A stretch of DNA of 64,000 nucleotides, from positions 2,916,001-2,980,000 of the forward strand of contig CM075995.1 in the NCBI GenBank assembly GCA_038087875.1, written 5' to 3'. Within the stretch, counting starts at the first letter, position 1, and every line of letters begins with the position of its first letter. The translations under genes and the position numbers were made by a program. The stretch is from Malacoraja senta (lineage: Eukaryota). Below the pieces are notes generated by a model that searched no databases, was not told the DNA's origin, and worked only from the letters and a program-made list of their open reading frames with translations. Positions 38,311 through 50,352 of this stretch are shown one piece after another.

Positions 38311-39074
38311 CGAGTCACATGCCGAGCCTCATCCATTTATCATCACCTGTTTTGCATTACTAAGCCGGGGAAGTAATTTGGCATTCACTTTCTGATTAAA
38401 ATAATGCATTTATGTGTGGCATTTCTCTGCTAGTGTTGTGGTAAGTCTGCCCGATAAGCTTCAATTTATGAAATTATTCCACATGGAATCAAGGCAGAGG
38501 TAATTGTGTGTTGATATGTGTTCTGGTTTCTGTCAGTCTCCTGTCAGGCTGAAGTTCATGACTGCTGCTGTCTCCTCTCTATAGACTGGGGAATATAAAG
38601 TGTCGGTACAGAGAGCTTCTTCTCTTTATAACGTCACCCATTCCTTCTCTCCAGGGATGCCGCCTGTCCCGCTGAGTTACTCCAGCAATTTGTGTCTACT
38701 TTTGATTTAAACCAGCATCTGCAGTTCTTTTCGACACTTTATAGTTTAGTAACAGGCCCTTCGGCCCACCGGGTCCACACCGTCAAGCAATCCCCGCACA
38801 GTATCACTATCCTACACACCGATTTTGCAATTATACCAAGCCAATCAACCTACAAATCTGTACGTCTTTGGATTGTGGGAGAAAACCAGAGATCCTGGAG
38901 AAAAACCCATGCAAGTCACAGGGAGAACGTACAAACTCCATACAGACAGCACCCGTGCTCAGGATCACACCTGGGTCTCTGGCGCTGTAGGGCAACAAAC
39001 CTACCGCAGTGCCATCGTGCAAAATCAAAGCTAACTCGGAATACTTTCTCGATAGCTCACTCAAAAGCTAAATA

Positions 39075-39560
39075 TAAGGCATTTGGCCTCACTCTGACAG
39101 TGGAGGAGTCCCAGGGTAGAAAGGTCATTATCGTAATGGGAAGGGAAGTGAAAGTGTTTAGCAAATGGGAGATCAGGTATGTTTTGGTGGAGTGAGTGGA
39201 GGTGTTCAACGAAATGATCGCTCAGCCTGGGCATGGTCTCCCCGATATATAGGAGTCCACACCTGGAACAGCGGATACAGTAGATGTCTCGACCTGAAAC
39301 ATCACCCATTCCTTCTCTCCAGAGGTGCCGCCTGTCCCGTTGAATTATTCCAGCATTTTGTGTCTATCTTCGGTGTAAACCAGCCTCGGCAGTTACTTCC
39401 CACACATACAGCAGATGAGGTTGGAGTAGGTGCAAGTGAACCTCTACCTCACCTGAAAGGGTCTCTGTCAGGGTCCCTGGACGGAGTTGAGGGAAGAGGT
39501 CTAGCGACAGGTAGTGCATCTCCTGCGGTTGCAGGGCAAAGTACCTGGGGAGGGGGCAGT
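39075..39560 (-). mobile_element. Penelope GIY-YIG endonuclease fragments
   Basis: IYCIRCSRCGLLYIGETMPRLSDHFVEHL...AKHF (ORF 39061-39309) and an upstream CxxC-type piece at 39410-39560. Confidence 0.8.
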
Positions 39561-41259
39561 TTGGGTGGGAAGGATAGGGATAACTCATCCCTTCCCACTT
39601 GCATCAACTTCTCCACAGCCAACAATGGACCATTGTGGGCTCCTTGGCCATAGGTGCTGGCTCTGACTTGATCTGTACCTTTTCATACCTCTAGCTTCCC
39701 TCTCCCCTGACTCTCAGTCTGATGAAGGGTCTCAACCTGAAGCATCACCTATCCCTTCTCTCCGGAGATGCTGCCTGCCCATCCAGCATTTTGTGTCTAT
39801 CTTCGGTGTAAACCAGCATCTGAAGTTCCTTCCTCGGATGAAAGGTTGGCTGGTGGGAACAAAGGCCAAACATTTACCTCTCTTGCTTTCTCCACCCCCC
39901 CCCCTCCCCTACCCCCACACACACGATCAGTCTGAAGAAGGGTCCCGACCTGAAACGTCAACTTTCTCCAAAGTTTTCCGAAGACACTGCTCGACCGGCT
40001 GAGTTACTCCAGCACTTTGTGTCCTCAGGATATGTGTATCAGTTCTGCTGGTGGTAAATGGTGCAGGTTGTGTACTGGGAGTGGTTGGGGGGAGGTGGGA
40101 GTGCAGTCTGCACAGCCCAATAACTTTGAGTGGAAGGTGACTTCTTCAGAGAGGAAAAGCTGATGATCAGAACTGAGACTGGTCGGTTGCTGAGGTCAGA
40201 CTCTGGGACCTTGTTGCAGCTACATCGCAAATTAAATGACCCAGTCTAACCTGCTGTGTATTTGCAGCATTTCCTGTTTGTATTCCCAAAGTGATTTGTT
40301 GGTGTGATGTGTTTTACCACATTCTGCAATTTAGATGCTAAGTAAGTACACATTTTTTTTTAGTTTGAGGCAGTTATGTAAGAATTAAATGTAATGAATG
40401 GATTATTGCATGTAGAAAAAAGAACCAGGCTAACACTCAGGTTCAAGGAGTCCAAAATTGTCAGTGCCAGGGCAGCAGCTTTAGTTTAGTTTGGGTTAGA
40501 GATACAGCATGGAAACAGGCCCCTCAGCCCACCAAGTCCGCGCTGACCTGCAATCCCCATACATTAACACTATCCTACACACACAAGGGAAAATTTCCAA
40601 TTCACAGAAGCCAACTAACCTACAAGCTTGTACAGTACGTCTTTGGAGTGTGGGAGGAAACCAGAGCACCAGGGGGAAACCCACGCGGTCACGGGGAGAA
40701 CGTACAAATGCCATACAGACAGCACCCCTAGTCTATCTGTGTTTTAGGCATTATGTCGAAACAAGAAACTGCAGATGCTAGTTTACAAAGGAAAAGACAC
40801 AAAGTGCAGGAGTAACACATCAGATCGGGCAGTGTCTCCGAAGTACATATATGGGTGACATGTGCAGGAAGGAAATGCAGATGCTGGTTTACACCGAAGA
40901 TAGACATGAACTGTTGGAGTAACTCAGCGGGACAGGCAGCATCTCTGGAGAGAAGGAATGGGTGACGTTTTGGGTACTGCCTGCCCCGCTGAGTTATTTT
41001 ATGGATAGGTGTCCTTTCGGGCCTGGACTCTTGTTCAGACTGGCGTAGAATTGCCTGAAGAAGGGTCCCGACCCGAAACGTTGCCTTTCCATATTGAAGG
41101 GTCCAGACCCGAAGGCTCCCGACCTGAAACGTTACCTATCCAACACCCGCTGAGTTACTCCAGCACTTTGTATCTTTTCTGTGTGTTTTGGGCATAATTC
41201 ATCTTTCGGGACTCTAAGAGTTAATCTTGGTGGCCAACATTTTTCAAACTGTGAATCAT

Positions 41260-41715
41260 CATATCTCCAACCTCATCTACTGTTCCAGGTGTCAACTTCT
41301 CTACATCGGCGCGACCAAGCGCAGGCTCGATGATCGTTTCACTCAACACCTCCGCTCAGTCAGTCTTAACCTACCTGATCTCCCGGTGGCTCAGCACTTC
41401 AACTCCCCCTCCCATTCCCAATCTGAGCATTCTCCAGAGTGGAGGAACAGCACCTCCTATTTCGCTTGGGTAATTTACACCCCAGCGGTATGAACATTGA
41501 CTTCTCTAACTTCAGATAGCCATTGCTTTCTCTCTCCATCCCCTTCCCCTTCCCAGTTCTCCCGCCAGTCTTACTGTCTCTGACTACATTCTATCTTTGT
41601 TCCGCCCCCTCCCCTGACATCAGTCTGAAGAAAGGTCTCGACCCGAAACGTCGCCCCTTCCTTCTCTCCAGCGATGCTGCCTCGCCCGCTGAGTTACTCC
41701 AGCATTCTGCGTCTT
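41260..41715 (+). mobile_element. Penelope-like element 3' end: GIY-YIG, 3' UTR and hammerhead-like pLTR
   Basis: SNLIYCSRCQLLYIGATKRRLDDRFTQHLRSV...VAQHFNSPSHS, then CTGAAGAAAGGTCTCGACCCGAAACGTC at 41625-41652. Confidence 0.88.
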
Positions 41716-43971
41716 CCCTCATATCATTGTTCTTCTTATCGAGTCCACACACAAGATTAGAAGTTGTTCAGCCAGAGCTGAAGACACTTCTCGGCATCTG
41801 CATACAATGGTGTCTGTCTTGTGCTTCTTGTGCTTCTTGTGAGTGGTGGTGGAAACAGGGCCGCCACGTGAATGCTCTTTCCTTGACCACATATCATTGT
41901 TAGGAGAGCGCTAACTGAATATCCCAGTGGAACCTTCTGACAGTGACTGCCTTCCCTGAATTGACCCAGCCCTGTATTATATCTACCCTCACCCTATACT
42001 GTTTTTCAAGCTAACCAGAGACTGCACATATTCTGAATTACTCACTTGGATGATTCTTAACTGCCTGTTTTATTTTCAGACGTTTTGGGAAATATAAAAT
42101 ATGGGATTAATGTTCCTACCATTTTTCTCCTGGATTCTAGTGGCAGTGACCTGAATTTCACTTTCATTCCCAGATACTCTTGGAAGGTTAGGAACTCCAC
42201 AAGTCATGAAGTTGCTTGTTCTTTTTATTTCAGGTATCTGGAGATCTACAGCAAGCAAACAAGCTCGTCGGCCCACCGAGTCCGCAGCGACCCAAAACGT
42301 CACCCATCCTTTTTCTCCAGAGATGCTGCCAGACCCTCTATGTCACTCCGGCGCTTTGTGTCTATCTCAGCATACAAACCCGCCCCTCTTTGGGAAACCA
42401 GAGCGCTTGGTGGAAATCCATGAGGACGCAGGGAGAATGTGCAAACTCCATACAGACAGCACCAGTAGTCAGGATCGAACCCGGGTCTCTGGCGTTGTAA
42501 GGCAGCAGCTCTACCAGCTGCACCGGCCTGCTGCCCTACCATCATCTTATTGTTGTGTTATCTGCCTTCTGTTAAGGCCACACCATTCCCATCAACTACC
42601 TGCATTCCAGCTCTTTTTAGTCATTGTATTGCACAGACAGGGGACACTGAGTGGGTAGATTACAGTGTGCCAAGGATATGGTCTTCGTTCAGCTATGGTC
42701 CATGAGCGGCAGGCACATATGGACATTTTATTCACTGGCAGGCAGCCAGACACACATTGATCTACTGAACTATATGTGAACTTGAATCCAGCAGTCTGAT
42801 TTGCTTCCTGGATTCCGCAGTTTGAACTTGACGTGATAAGCTTGAAGGAAGACAACAATTCTCAAGCCAGAGATTAATTGGCTTTGACTGCAGCACTGAA
42901 TCCATCTTAAATTTGTGTTAATAGGCACGAGGCTCCTGGGCTGGAGCGGAGGTCGGCACAGTGGCGCAGCGGCACAGCGGTAGAGTTGCTGCCTTACAGC
43001 GCCAGAGATCCGGGTTCGATCCTGACCACGAGTGCTGTCTGTGCGGAGTTTGTACGTTCTCCCCGTGACCTACGTGGGTTTTCTCCAGGACCTCTGGTTT
43101 CCTCCCACACTCCAAAGAAGTGCAGGTTTGTAGGCTAATTGGCTTCGGTAAAATTGTAATTTGTCCCTAGCGTGTGTAGCAAAGTGTATGGGGTGATCGC
43201 TGTTCCTGTTTCCCTTCTGTATCTCTAAACTAAAAAAACTAAATGAAGCTAAACACAATATCCTGGCCAGTAGGAATTTCTCAGCATAGAACGCACTGTC
43301 AGTAATGGTTTAAGAAATAGCAGCTAAGCTAACCACGGAAGAACAGCAAGTCAGGAAATACTCCCCCATTGTTTTACATTTCATCCACGTTTCAGGATGT
43401 TAGTTAGCTTGCTTATTTTGGTTGGACATTCCAATGATCTCATAAGTCAAGAGTCAAGAGTGTTTTATTGTCATATGTCCCAGATAGAACAATGAAATTC
43501 TCACTTGCAGCAGCACAACAGAATGTGTAAACATAGTACACTGTAAACAATATAATGAACGAGAGAAAAAATTCAGTGTGTATATATATATATATATATA
43601 TGTATATTACTAAAAGTAAGATCTTGACCGCTTTTGACTCACTGCGATGTGATTTCTGAGAGAATGCCGCCACTTACGGCCGTCATTTTTGGCCAACTCA
43701 CTCAGAGCCCGCCTCCGCCGGACTGGACAAGAGGATTTTTCCCATCGATGAAAAATCAGAGATATATTAATGTTTAATAAAAAATTGCCATTCTCTCTGC
43801 TGCCCCTGCTGGTGGGAGGGGGGAGGGACTATAAAACCCGGAGGTAGTGTGCCTCACTCAGTTTCTACAAGATGGAGGAAGCGAGAGGTTCTCTCTGAGC
43901 TCGGAATAACACTGAACACATGTCTACTCAACTGTGAGTGCTCTTAATGTGGTTTGAAATTGAAAATATGG

Positions 43972-44953
43972 TTGGTTTGAAGTAAAAAGGCACTGCAAAT
44001 GGTTCTTTGGGGTGTTTTGGGTTGAAGTAAAAAGGCACTGCAAATGGTTGTTTGCGGGTGTTTTGGGTTGAAGTAAAAGGCACTGCAAATGGTTGTTTGA
44101 GGGTGTTTTGGGTTGAAGTAAAAAGGTACCGCAAATGGTTGTTTGGGGTGTTTTGGGTTGAAGTGAAAAGGCACTGCAAATGGTTGTTAGGGGGTGTTTT
44201 GGGCCGAAGTAAAAAGGCACTGCAAATGATTGTTTGGGGGTTTGGGTTGAAGTAAAAAGGCACTGCAAATGGTTCTTTGGGGTGTTTTGGGTTGAAGTAA
44301 AAAGGCACTGCAAATGGTTGTTTGCGGGTGTTTTGGGTTGAAGTAAAAGGCACTGCAAATGGTTGTTTGAGGGTGTTTTGGGTTGAAGTAAAAAGGTACC
44401 GCAAATGGTTGTTTGGGGTGTTTTGGGTTGAAGTGAAAAGGCACTGCAAATGGTTGTTAGGGGGTGTTTTGGGCCGAAGTAAAAAGGCACTGCAAATGGT
44501 TGTTTGGGGGTTTGGGTTGAAGTAAAAAGGCACTGCAAATGGTTGTTTGGGGGTGTTTTGGGTTGAAGTAAAAAGGCACTGCAAATGGTTGTTTGGGGGT
44601 TTGGGTTGAAGTAAAAAGGCACTGCAAATGGTTGTTTGGGGGGTGTTTTGGGTTGAAGTAAAAAGGCACTGCAAATCGTTGTTTGGGGGTTGTTTTGGGT
44701 TGAAAAGGCACTGCAAATGGTTGTTTGGGGGTGTTTTGGGTAGAAGTGAAAAGGTACCGCAAATGGTTGTTTGGCGGTGTTTTGGGTTGAAGTAAAAAGA
44801 CACTGCAAATGGTTGTTTGGGGGTGTTTTGGGTTGAAGTGAAAAGGCACTGCTAATGGTTGTTTGGGGTGTTTTGGATTGAAGTGAAAAGGCACTGCAAA
44901 TGGTTTTGGGGTGTTTTGGGTTGAAGTGAAAAGGCACTGCAAATGGTTGTTTG
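43972..44953 (+). repeat. Minisatellite, ~45-bp unit, ~21 copies
   Basis: GGGTTGAAGTAAAAAGGCACTGCAAATGGTTGTTTGGGGTGTTTT repeated head to tail. Confidence 0.97.
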
Positions 44954-45343
44954 TCTAAACTTGACAACTTCCTGTTTGCACTATATTGATTTTTGATAAA
45001 ACGCTACCACTTACGGCTGTGATTTTTGGCCATCTTACTCAGTCCCCCTCCGCTCATCAGGGGCAGAGGATTCTTCCCATCAATGAAAAATAAAAGTGTT
45101 ATTAGTGTTTAAAAAATGTTAAGAATCTTTCTCCTGTCAATCACGCCATGAAAGCCACACCTTTTCCGTTGAGAGGATGAGGGATTATATAACCTGGAAG
45201 TGTGGGTGTGGCTCAGTCTCTGCATGATGGGGGAGGGAGAGGTCATGACTCTGTCTGAGCTGTGAATCAACTGAACACACTGAATGTCTACTGAACGGTG
45301 AGTGTGGTGTTTTGTGGGTTTTATGGTGGTTTTATGGTGGTTT

Positions 45344-45600
45344 CACCCTGCTTGAAATGGTATGAAACTGCATTTGAATGTGGTGGCCTTGCACCCTCCT
45401 TGAAGTGGTAGGAAACTGAACCTGAATTTGGTGGCCTTGCACCCTGCTTGAAGTGGTATGAAACTGCACTTGAATTTTGTGGCCTTGCACCCTGCTCGAA
45501 GAGGTAAGAAAATGCACTTGAATTTGGTGGCCTTGCACCCTGCTTGAAATGGTAGGATAATGTATTTGAATTTGGTGGCCTTGTACTCTGCTTGAAATGG
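45344..45600 (+). repeat. Minisatellite, 48-bp unit, ~5 copies
   Basis: CACCCTGCTTGAAATGGTATGAAACTGCACTTGAATTTGGTGGCCTTG repeated. Confidence 0.93.
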
Positions 45601-48600
45601 AATTTCAAGGAATAGCCGTGAGTCAACTGCCAGCCCACCAGCCGTGAATGAGCTGCCAGCACATCAGGCTTGAGGGACTGAGCTGCCACCCCAAGAATAC
45701 ATTTGGCCCACAATGTCCATACTAGCCCTCTGGAGACCAGTAGTCCCTTCAGCCAACAACACCCATACCAGCGCTCCAGAAAGCTCCCCCCCCTCCCTGG
45801 CCACCAATATTGGAATTGGTGGAGAGGTGGAATATTGCGTCGGGGGGTCAGCCCTCCCATGTGAACATGGGACCCAACGGGTCCCACTTAGTCTAGTATA
45901 TATATATATATATATATAAAGGTAGATACAAAATGCTGGAGTTACTCAGCGGGTCAGGCAGCATCTCTGGAGAGAAGGAATGAGCGATGTTTTTGGGTCG
46001 AGACCCTTCTTCCTTCCTCCCTCTCTCCCTCCCTCCCTCTCTCCCTCCCTCCCTCTCTCACACTCCATCTCACTCTCCCTGCCTCCCTCTCTCCCACCCT
46101 CTACACAGTGGCGCAGCGGCACAGTTGCTGCCTCACAGTGCCAGAGACCCGGGTTCGATCCTGACCACGGGTGCTGCCTGTACGGGGTTTGCACGATCTC
46201 CCCGTGATCTGCGTGGCTTTTCTCCGAGATCTTCGGTTTCGTCCCACACTCCAAAGGCGTGCGGGTTTGTTGGTTAATTGGCTTTGGTAAAGATTGTGAA
46301 TTGTCCCTAATGTGTGTGTAGGATCGTGACAGTGTGCGGGGATCGCTGGTTGGTGCAGACGTGGTGGGCCGAAGTGCCTGTTTCCGTGCTGTATCTCTAA
46401 ACTAAACTAAACAAAGAGATGATGGTGAAGTGGTTTAAGGAAGTTATTCCAGAGTTGGGGGCTGAAACAGATGAAGGGGGATTGTCAAAAGTAGGATGGC
46501 AGAACTGTACAAGCGGTCAGTATTGATGGGACATCCCACTCTAAGAACATTGAAGGGCCGGAGGTTGGTATAGTGGTCTAGAATCATGGGGAAAGTCGAA
46601 CACAGACCACCTTGAATAACATTTGATTTTATAGAGGTGCACAAAATCATGAGAGGAATAGATCGGTAGACGCACAGAGTCTCTTGTTTAGAGTAGGGGG
46701 GTCAAGAACCAGAGGACAATAGACAAGAGACAATAGACAATAGGTACAGGAGTAGGCCATTTCGCCCCTCGAGCCAGCACCGTCATTCAATGTGATCATG
46801 GCTGATCATCCACAATCAGTACCCCGTTCCTGCCTTCACCCCATATCCCTTCACTCCGCTATCTTTAAGAGCTGTGTCTAGCTCTCTCTTGAAAGCATCC
46901 AGAGAACCAGCCTCCACCGCCCACAGACTCCACAGACTCACAACTCTCTGTGTGACAATTGGTTTAAGGTGAGGGGGGAAAGATTTATTCGAACCTGAGG
47001 GGTAACGCCTTCACACAAAGGGTGGTGGGATGTATGGAATGCGCTGCTGGAGGAGGTGGTTGAGGCAGGTACCATCGCAATGTTTAAGAAACATTTAGGC
47101 AGGTACATGGATAGGATAGGTTTAGAGAGCCGAAGTATTGCCTGTTTCCATGCAATATGACTCTCGGATTCTAGGATTTGTGATAACTAAAATTGTTGAG
47201 CCAAATTATATATCTTTCCATGTTCAAAAGCACAATACACCCCTATAGTAAAAATCTGAAAAGATAACAAATGCTGGATATTCTTAGCTGGTCAAATGAA
47301 GAAAAAACTGTTAACGTTTCAGCTCAGTGGCACCTTATCAGAAACTGACATTAAATAACTGTTTCATGAGAACCCTTTAAGATAGGCTTTAGAATGGGGG
47401 TTAGGCCACTCCTTGGGTCATCCCCCTCGGCTCTTGAGGGACGATTGTCTGCCCATGGCGTTTCCTGGGTGCCTGCGCACGGGCTTTCTGTGTGTCTGCC
47501 ATGATTCATTAAACGACTTCTGAACCTGCCTGGCGTCTGGCCTTTTCCTGACCTCGTCCAGGCCACGACACTTTCCCTAATAATTTAACATAACTAAGCC
47601 AAGCAAGGTTTCAAAATATAATTGCTTGAGACGGTGAGTGCTGGTATTATTAATTTTAGAACTGTTCAGTTCATATGTTATAGCAGCAGAATTAGGCCCT
47701 TCGGTCCATCGAGTCTACTCCGCCATTCATAGAAACCTAGAAAATAGGCGCAAGAGGAGGCCATTTGGCCCTTCGAACCTGCACCGTTATTCATTGTGAT
47801 CATGGCTGTTCATCACTATCAGTAATTCGTGCCTGCCTTTTCCCCATATCCCTTGATTCCGCTCGCCCCTAGAGCTCTATCTAACTCTCTTTTAAATTAA
47901 TCCAGTGAATTGGCCTCGACTGCCTTCTGTGGCAGAGAATTCCACAAATTCACAACTCTCTGGGTGAAAAAGTTTCTTCTCATTTCAGTTTTAAATGGCC
48001 TCCCCTTTATTCTTAGACTGTGGTCCCTGGTTCTGGACCATATAACCATAACAGCACGGAAACAGGCCATCTCGGCCCTTCAATGATGTTCCCAATGATG
48101 GACTCCCCCATCATTGGGAACATGGCTGATCTATCTTTCTCCCTCAACCCAATTCTCCTGCCTTCTACCGCAACCTCTCTCAGTTTAACCCCAAACTGTC
48201 AGTTTCATTACATTAAAACAAGTTATTTGTAAGTTACTGACTGTAGGCCTACTTTCATTTAGTGTGGCACAAATTGATAGAGTGGAGCCTGCTTCAGATC
48301 AGCAGCGGGCGTGAGATGGAATAACCAGTCGAAGAAATGGCAGCAATATGCTGCAGACACGACGAACTGCAGATGCTGGTTTATATAAAAGGACACAAAG
48401 TGCCGGAGTAACTCATTGAGTCCGGCAGCATCTCTGGAGAACATGGATCAGCGCCGTTTCAGATCAGGATTAGTCTGAAGAAGTCAAGAGTCCCAAAACC
48501 AAACATCACCTATCAATGTTCCCCAGAGATGCTGCCTGACCTGCTGAGTTAAGGGCCTGTCCCACTTTCACGAACTAATTCACGACCTCTGCCGAGTTTG

Positions 48601-48853
48601 CCCTTGACTCATACTCGCAGCATGGTCACCACAAGGTCGTAGGAGGTCGTAGGTAGGTTGTAGGTAGGTCGTAGCAGGTCGTGATGCTATTCGTAGGTAC
48701 TCGTGGCATCAAGTAGGTCGGGGTTATTTAAACAGCAGAACAGTCCCCTCTGTCACTCCAAGGCATGTTCATTCATAGCTGGAGAGTGTTTTGGCGAGGG
48801 GACATGTTTTAGAGATGGCACCAAAAAGGCAGCAATCCTAAAAAAAGCCGGCC

Positions 48854-49210
48854 ATGCAGGTGTTGCCCACCCAAGAGGAGGAATGGCTGGAGGTGATGCC
48901 GCAGGAGGTGATAGTGCAGGAGGAGGTAGCCCTGCATGAGAGACCCCTGGAGGAGGAGACCACGGTGGTAGTATATGTCCCCACCACCACCTCATCCTTC
49001 GCTGCTTCATTTGAAAGCAGCAAAGCAGCTCTTTCTCCTGTGTCTGACACAGCATCAGAGGCAGATGCCCCATTGGTGGTGAGGGAGGGCTGGAGGAAGG
49101 TTATGCCCTACACCTTCACCAGGCAGCAGGAGAGGGACCTTGAGGAATGGTTCCAGCAGAATGCCATCCTGTACAAAAAGGAAAATGAGGGGTACAGGGA
49201 CAGGGACAAG
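48854..49210 (+). pseudogene. Harbinger Myb/SANT (MADF)-like DNA-binding protein, truncated
   Basis: Acidic N-terminal region then YTFTRQQERDLEEWFQQNAILYKKENEGYRDRDK, matching the start of a MADF domain. Confidence 0.7.
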
Positions 49211-49325
49211 AATGGCATGCTTGCCATCCACATGTGTGCTTAAAGTTCCATCTTTTGTCAAAGCCCAGCGCCATTCTCTCCCAGTCATCTGATGTACTGG
49301 GACAGTCCATCACATCATTGTCCAT
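49203..49325 (-). pseudogene. Harbinger DDE transposase fragment
   Basis: CPSTSDDWERMALGFDKRWNFKHTCG then, after a frameshift, DGKHAIL; matches the P..W...F..RWNFP.C.GA.DGKH motif. Confidence 0.8.
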
Positions 49326-49791
49326 TCACCCATTGACCTCTTCTTGTGCTTCCTTTTCACCCTTGCTCTTCCCCTTCTGCCTTTCTTAAACGGCTACAGA
49401 AGCAAAAGAGCTATTGCAGACAGCAGTAAAACGTACATGGTTGTAGCCAGTCTTCAACATAGTCGAAGGAGGTCTTCTTCATAGACGTGGGAGGTCTTCA
49501 ACATAGTCGTGGAAGGTTGTAGGAGGTCGTAGGTTACCGCGACCTTGATTTATTTTAGCACGTTTAAGGTTGTCAGAGGTCGTGAATTAGGTCGTGACAG
49601 TGGGACAGGCCCTTTACTCCAGCACTTTGTTTTAGTAACGCCCTGCAGTAGGATTGTATAATACCCAATACTATATATATCCTTCAGCATTTGGGATGTT
49701 GTACTGACGTTCCATCAGTTTAATTATATAAAATTAAAGCCTATGTTCCAATAAAGATGTTGGCCAACGTTCATAAGCCATAAGGTCATAA

Positions 49792-50352
49792 AGGGGCTGT
49801 CCCACTTGGGCGACCTAATTGGTGAGTTTTTCTAAGTTGAAGTTTGAAAAGAAGAGTTTAAAAAAATGACATGTTGAAGATCTCCTACGACTATGTAGAA
49901 GACCTCCTTCGACCTCCTTCGACTATGTTGAAGACCTGCTTCGACTAGCTACGACTAACCGCGAAAATTGGACACAGAATAGTGGAGAGTGAAGCCGACC
50001 TCCTTCGACCTCCCTTCGACTATGATGAAGACTATCTATGACTACCTTCGACTACCCTCGATTACCTACGACTAACATGCCGACCTGCTATGACCTACTA
50101 CGACTAAACCTACGAGTAAAAAAAAAAAAGATTTTTTCCATGGCAACCTTTTTTTACTCGCGGGCATTTTTTTAACATATTGAAAAAAACGGCGCGACCT
50201 AGCTGAGGCCTCGAGTACGCAGAGACCACTCTCGAGCATGAAGGAGAGTTATGAAGACCTCCTACGACCTCATGTCGACCATGCTGCGAGTATGAGTCGA
50301 GGGCAAACTCGCCAGAACTCAAGGATTAGGTCGCCCAAGTGGGACAGGCCCT
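49792..50352. mobile_element. PIF/Harbinger MITE
   Basis: TIRs AGGGGCTGTCCCACTTGGGCGACCTAAT / ATTAGGTCGCCCAAGTGGGACAGGCCCT; TAA TSD (49789-49791, 50353-50355); internal CGACCT/CGACTA repeats. Confidence 0.92.

Larger units (their letters stand above)
43601..45896 (+). mobile_element. Non-autonomous Helitron
   Basis: 5' TGTATATTACTAAAA (TC-type start with one change); 3' hairpin TGGGACCC-AAC-GGGTCCCA (45868-45886) then CTAG (45893-45896); inserted between A and T within (TA)n, no TSD. Confidence 0.85.
48552..49613. mobile_element. Internally deleted PIF/Harbinger transposon
   Basis: TIRs AGGGCCTGTCCCACT / AGTGGGACAGGCCCT; TTA TSD (48549-48551, 49614-49616) splitting the pLTR sequence GAG-TTA-CTCCAGC. 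Confidence 0.93.

Noticed and set aside
43924..44967. Long ORFs (347 and 291 aa) and a CRISPR-like look of the repeat array
   Set aside because: Units are contiguous with no unique spacers and there are no cas genes; the ORFs are translations of a minisatellite that lacks stops on one strand
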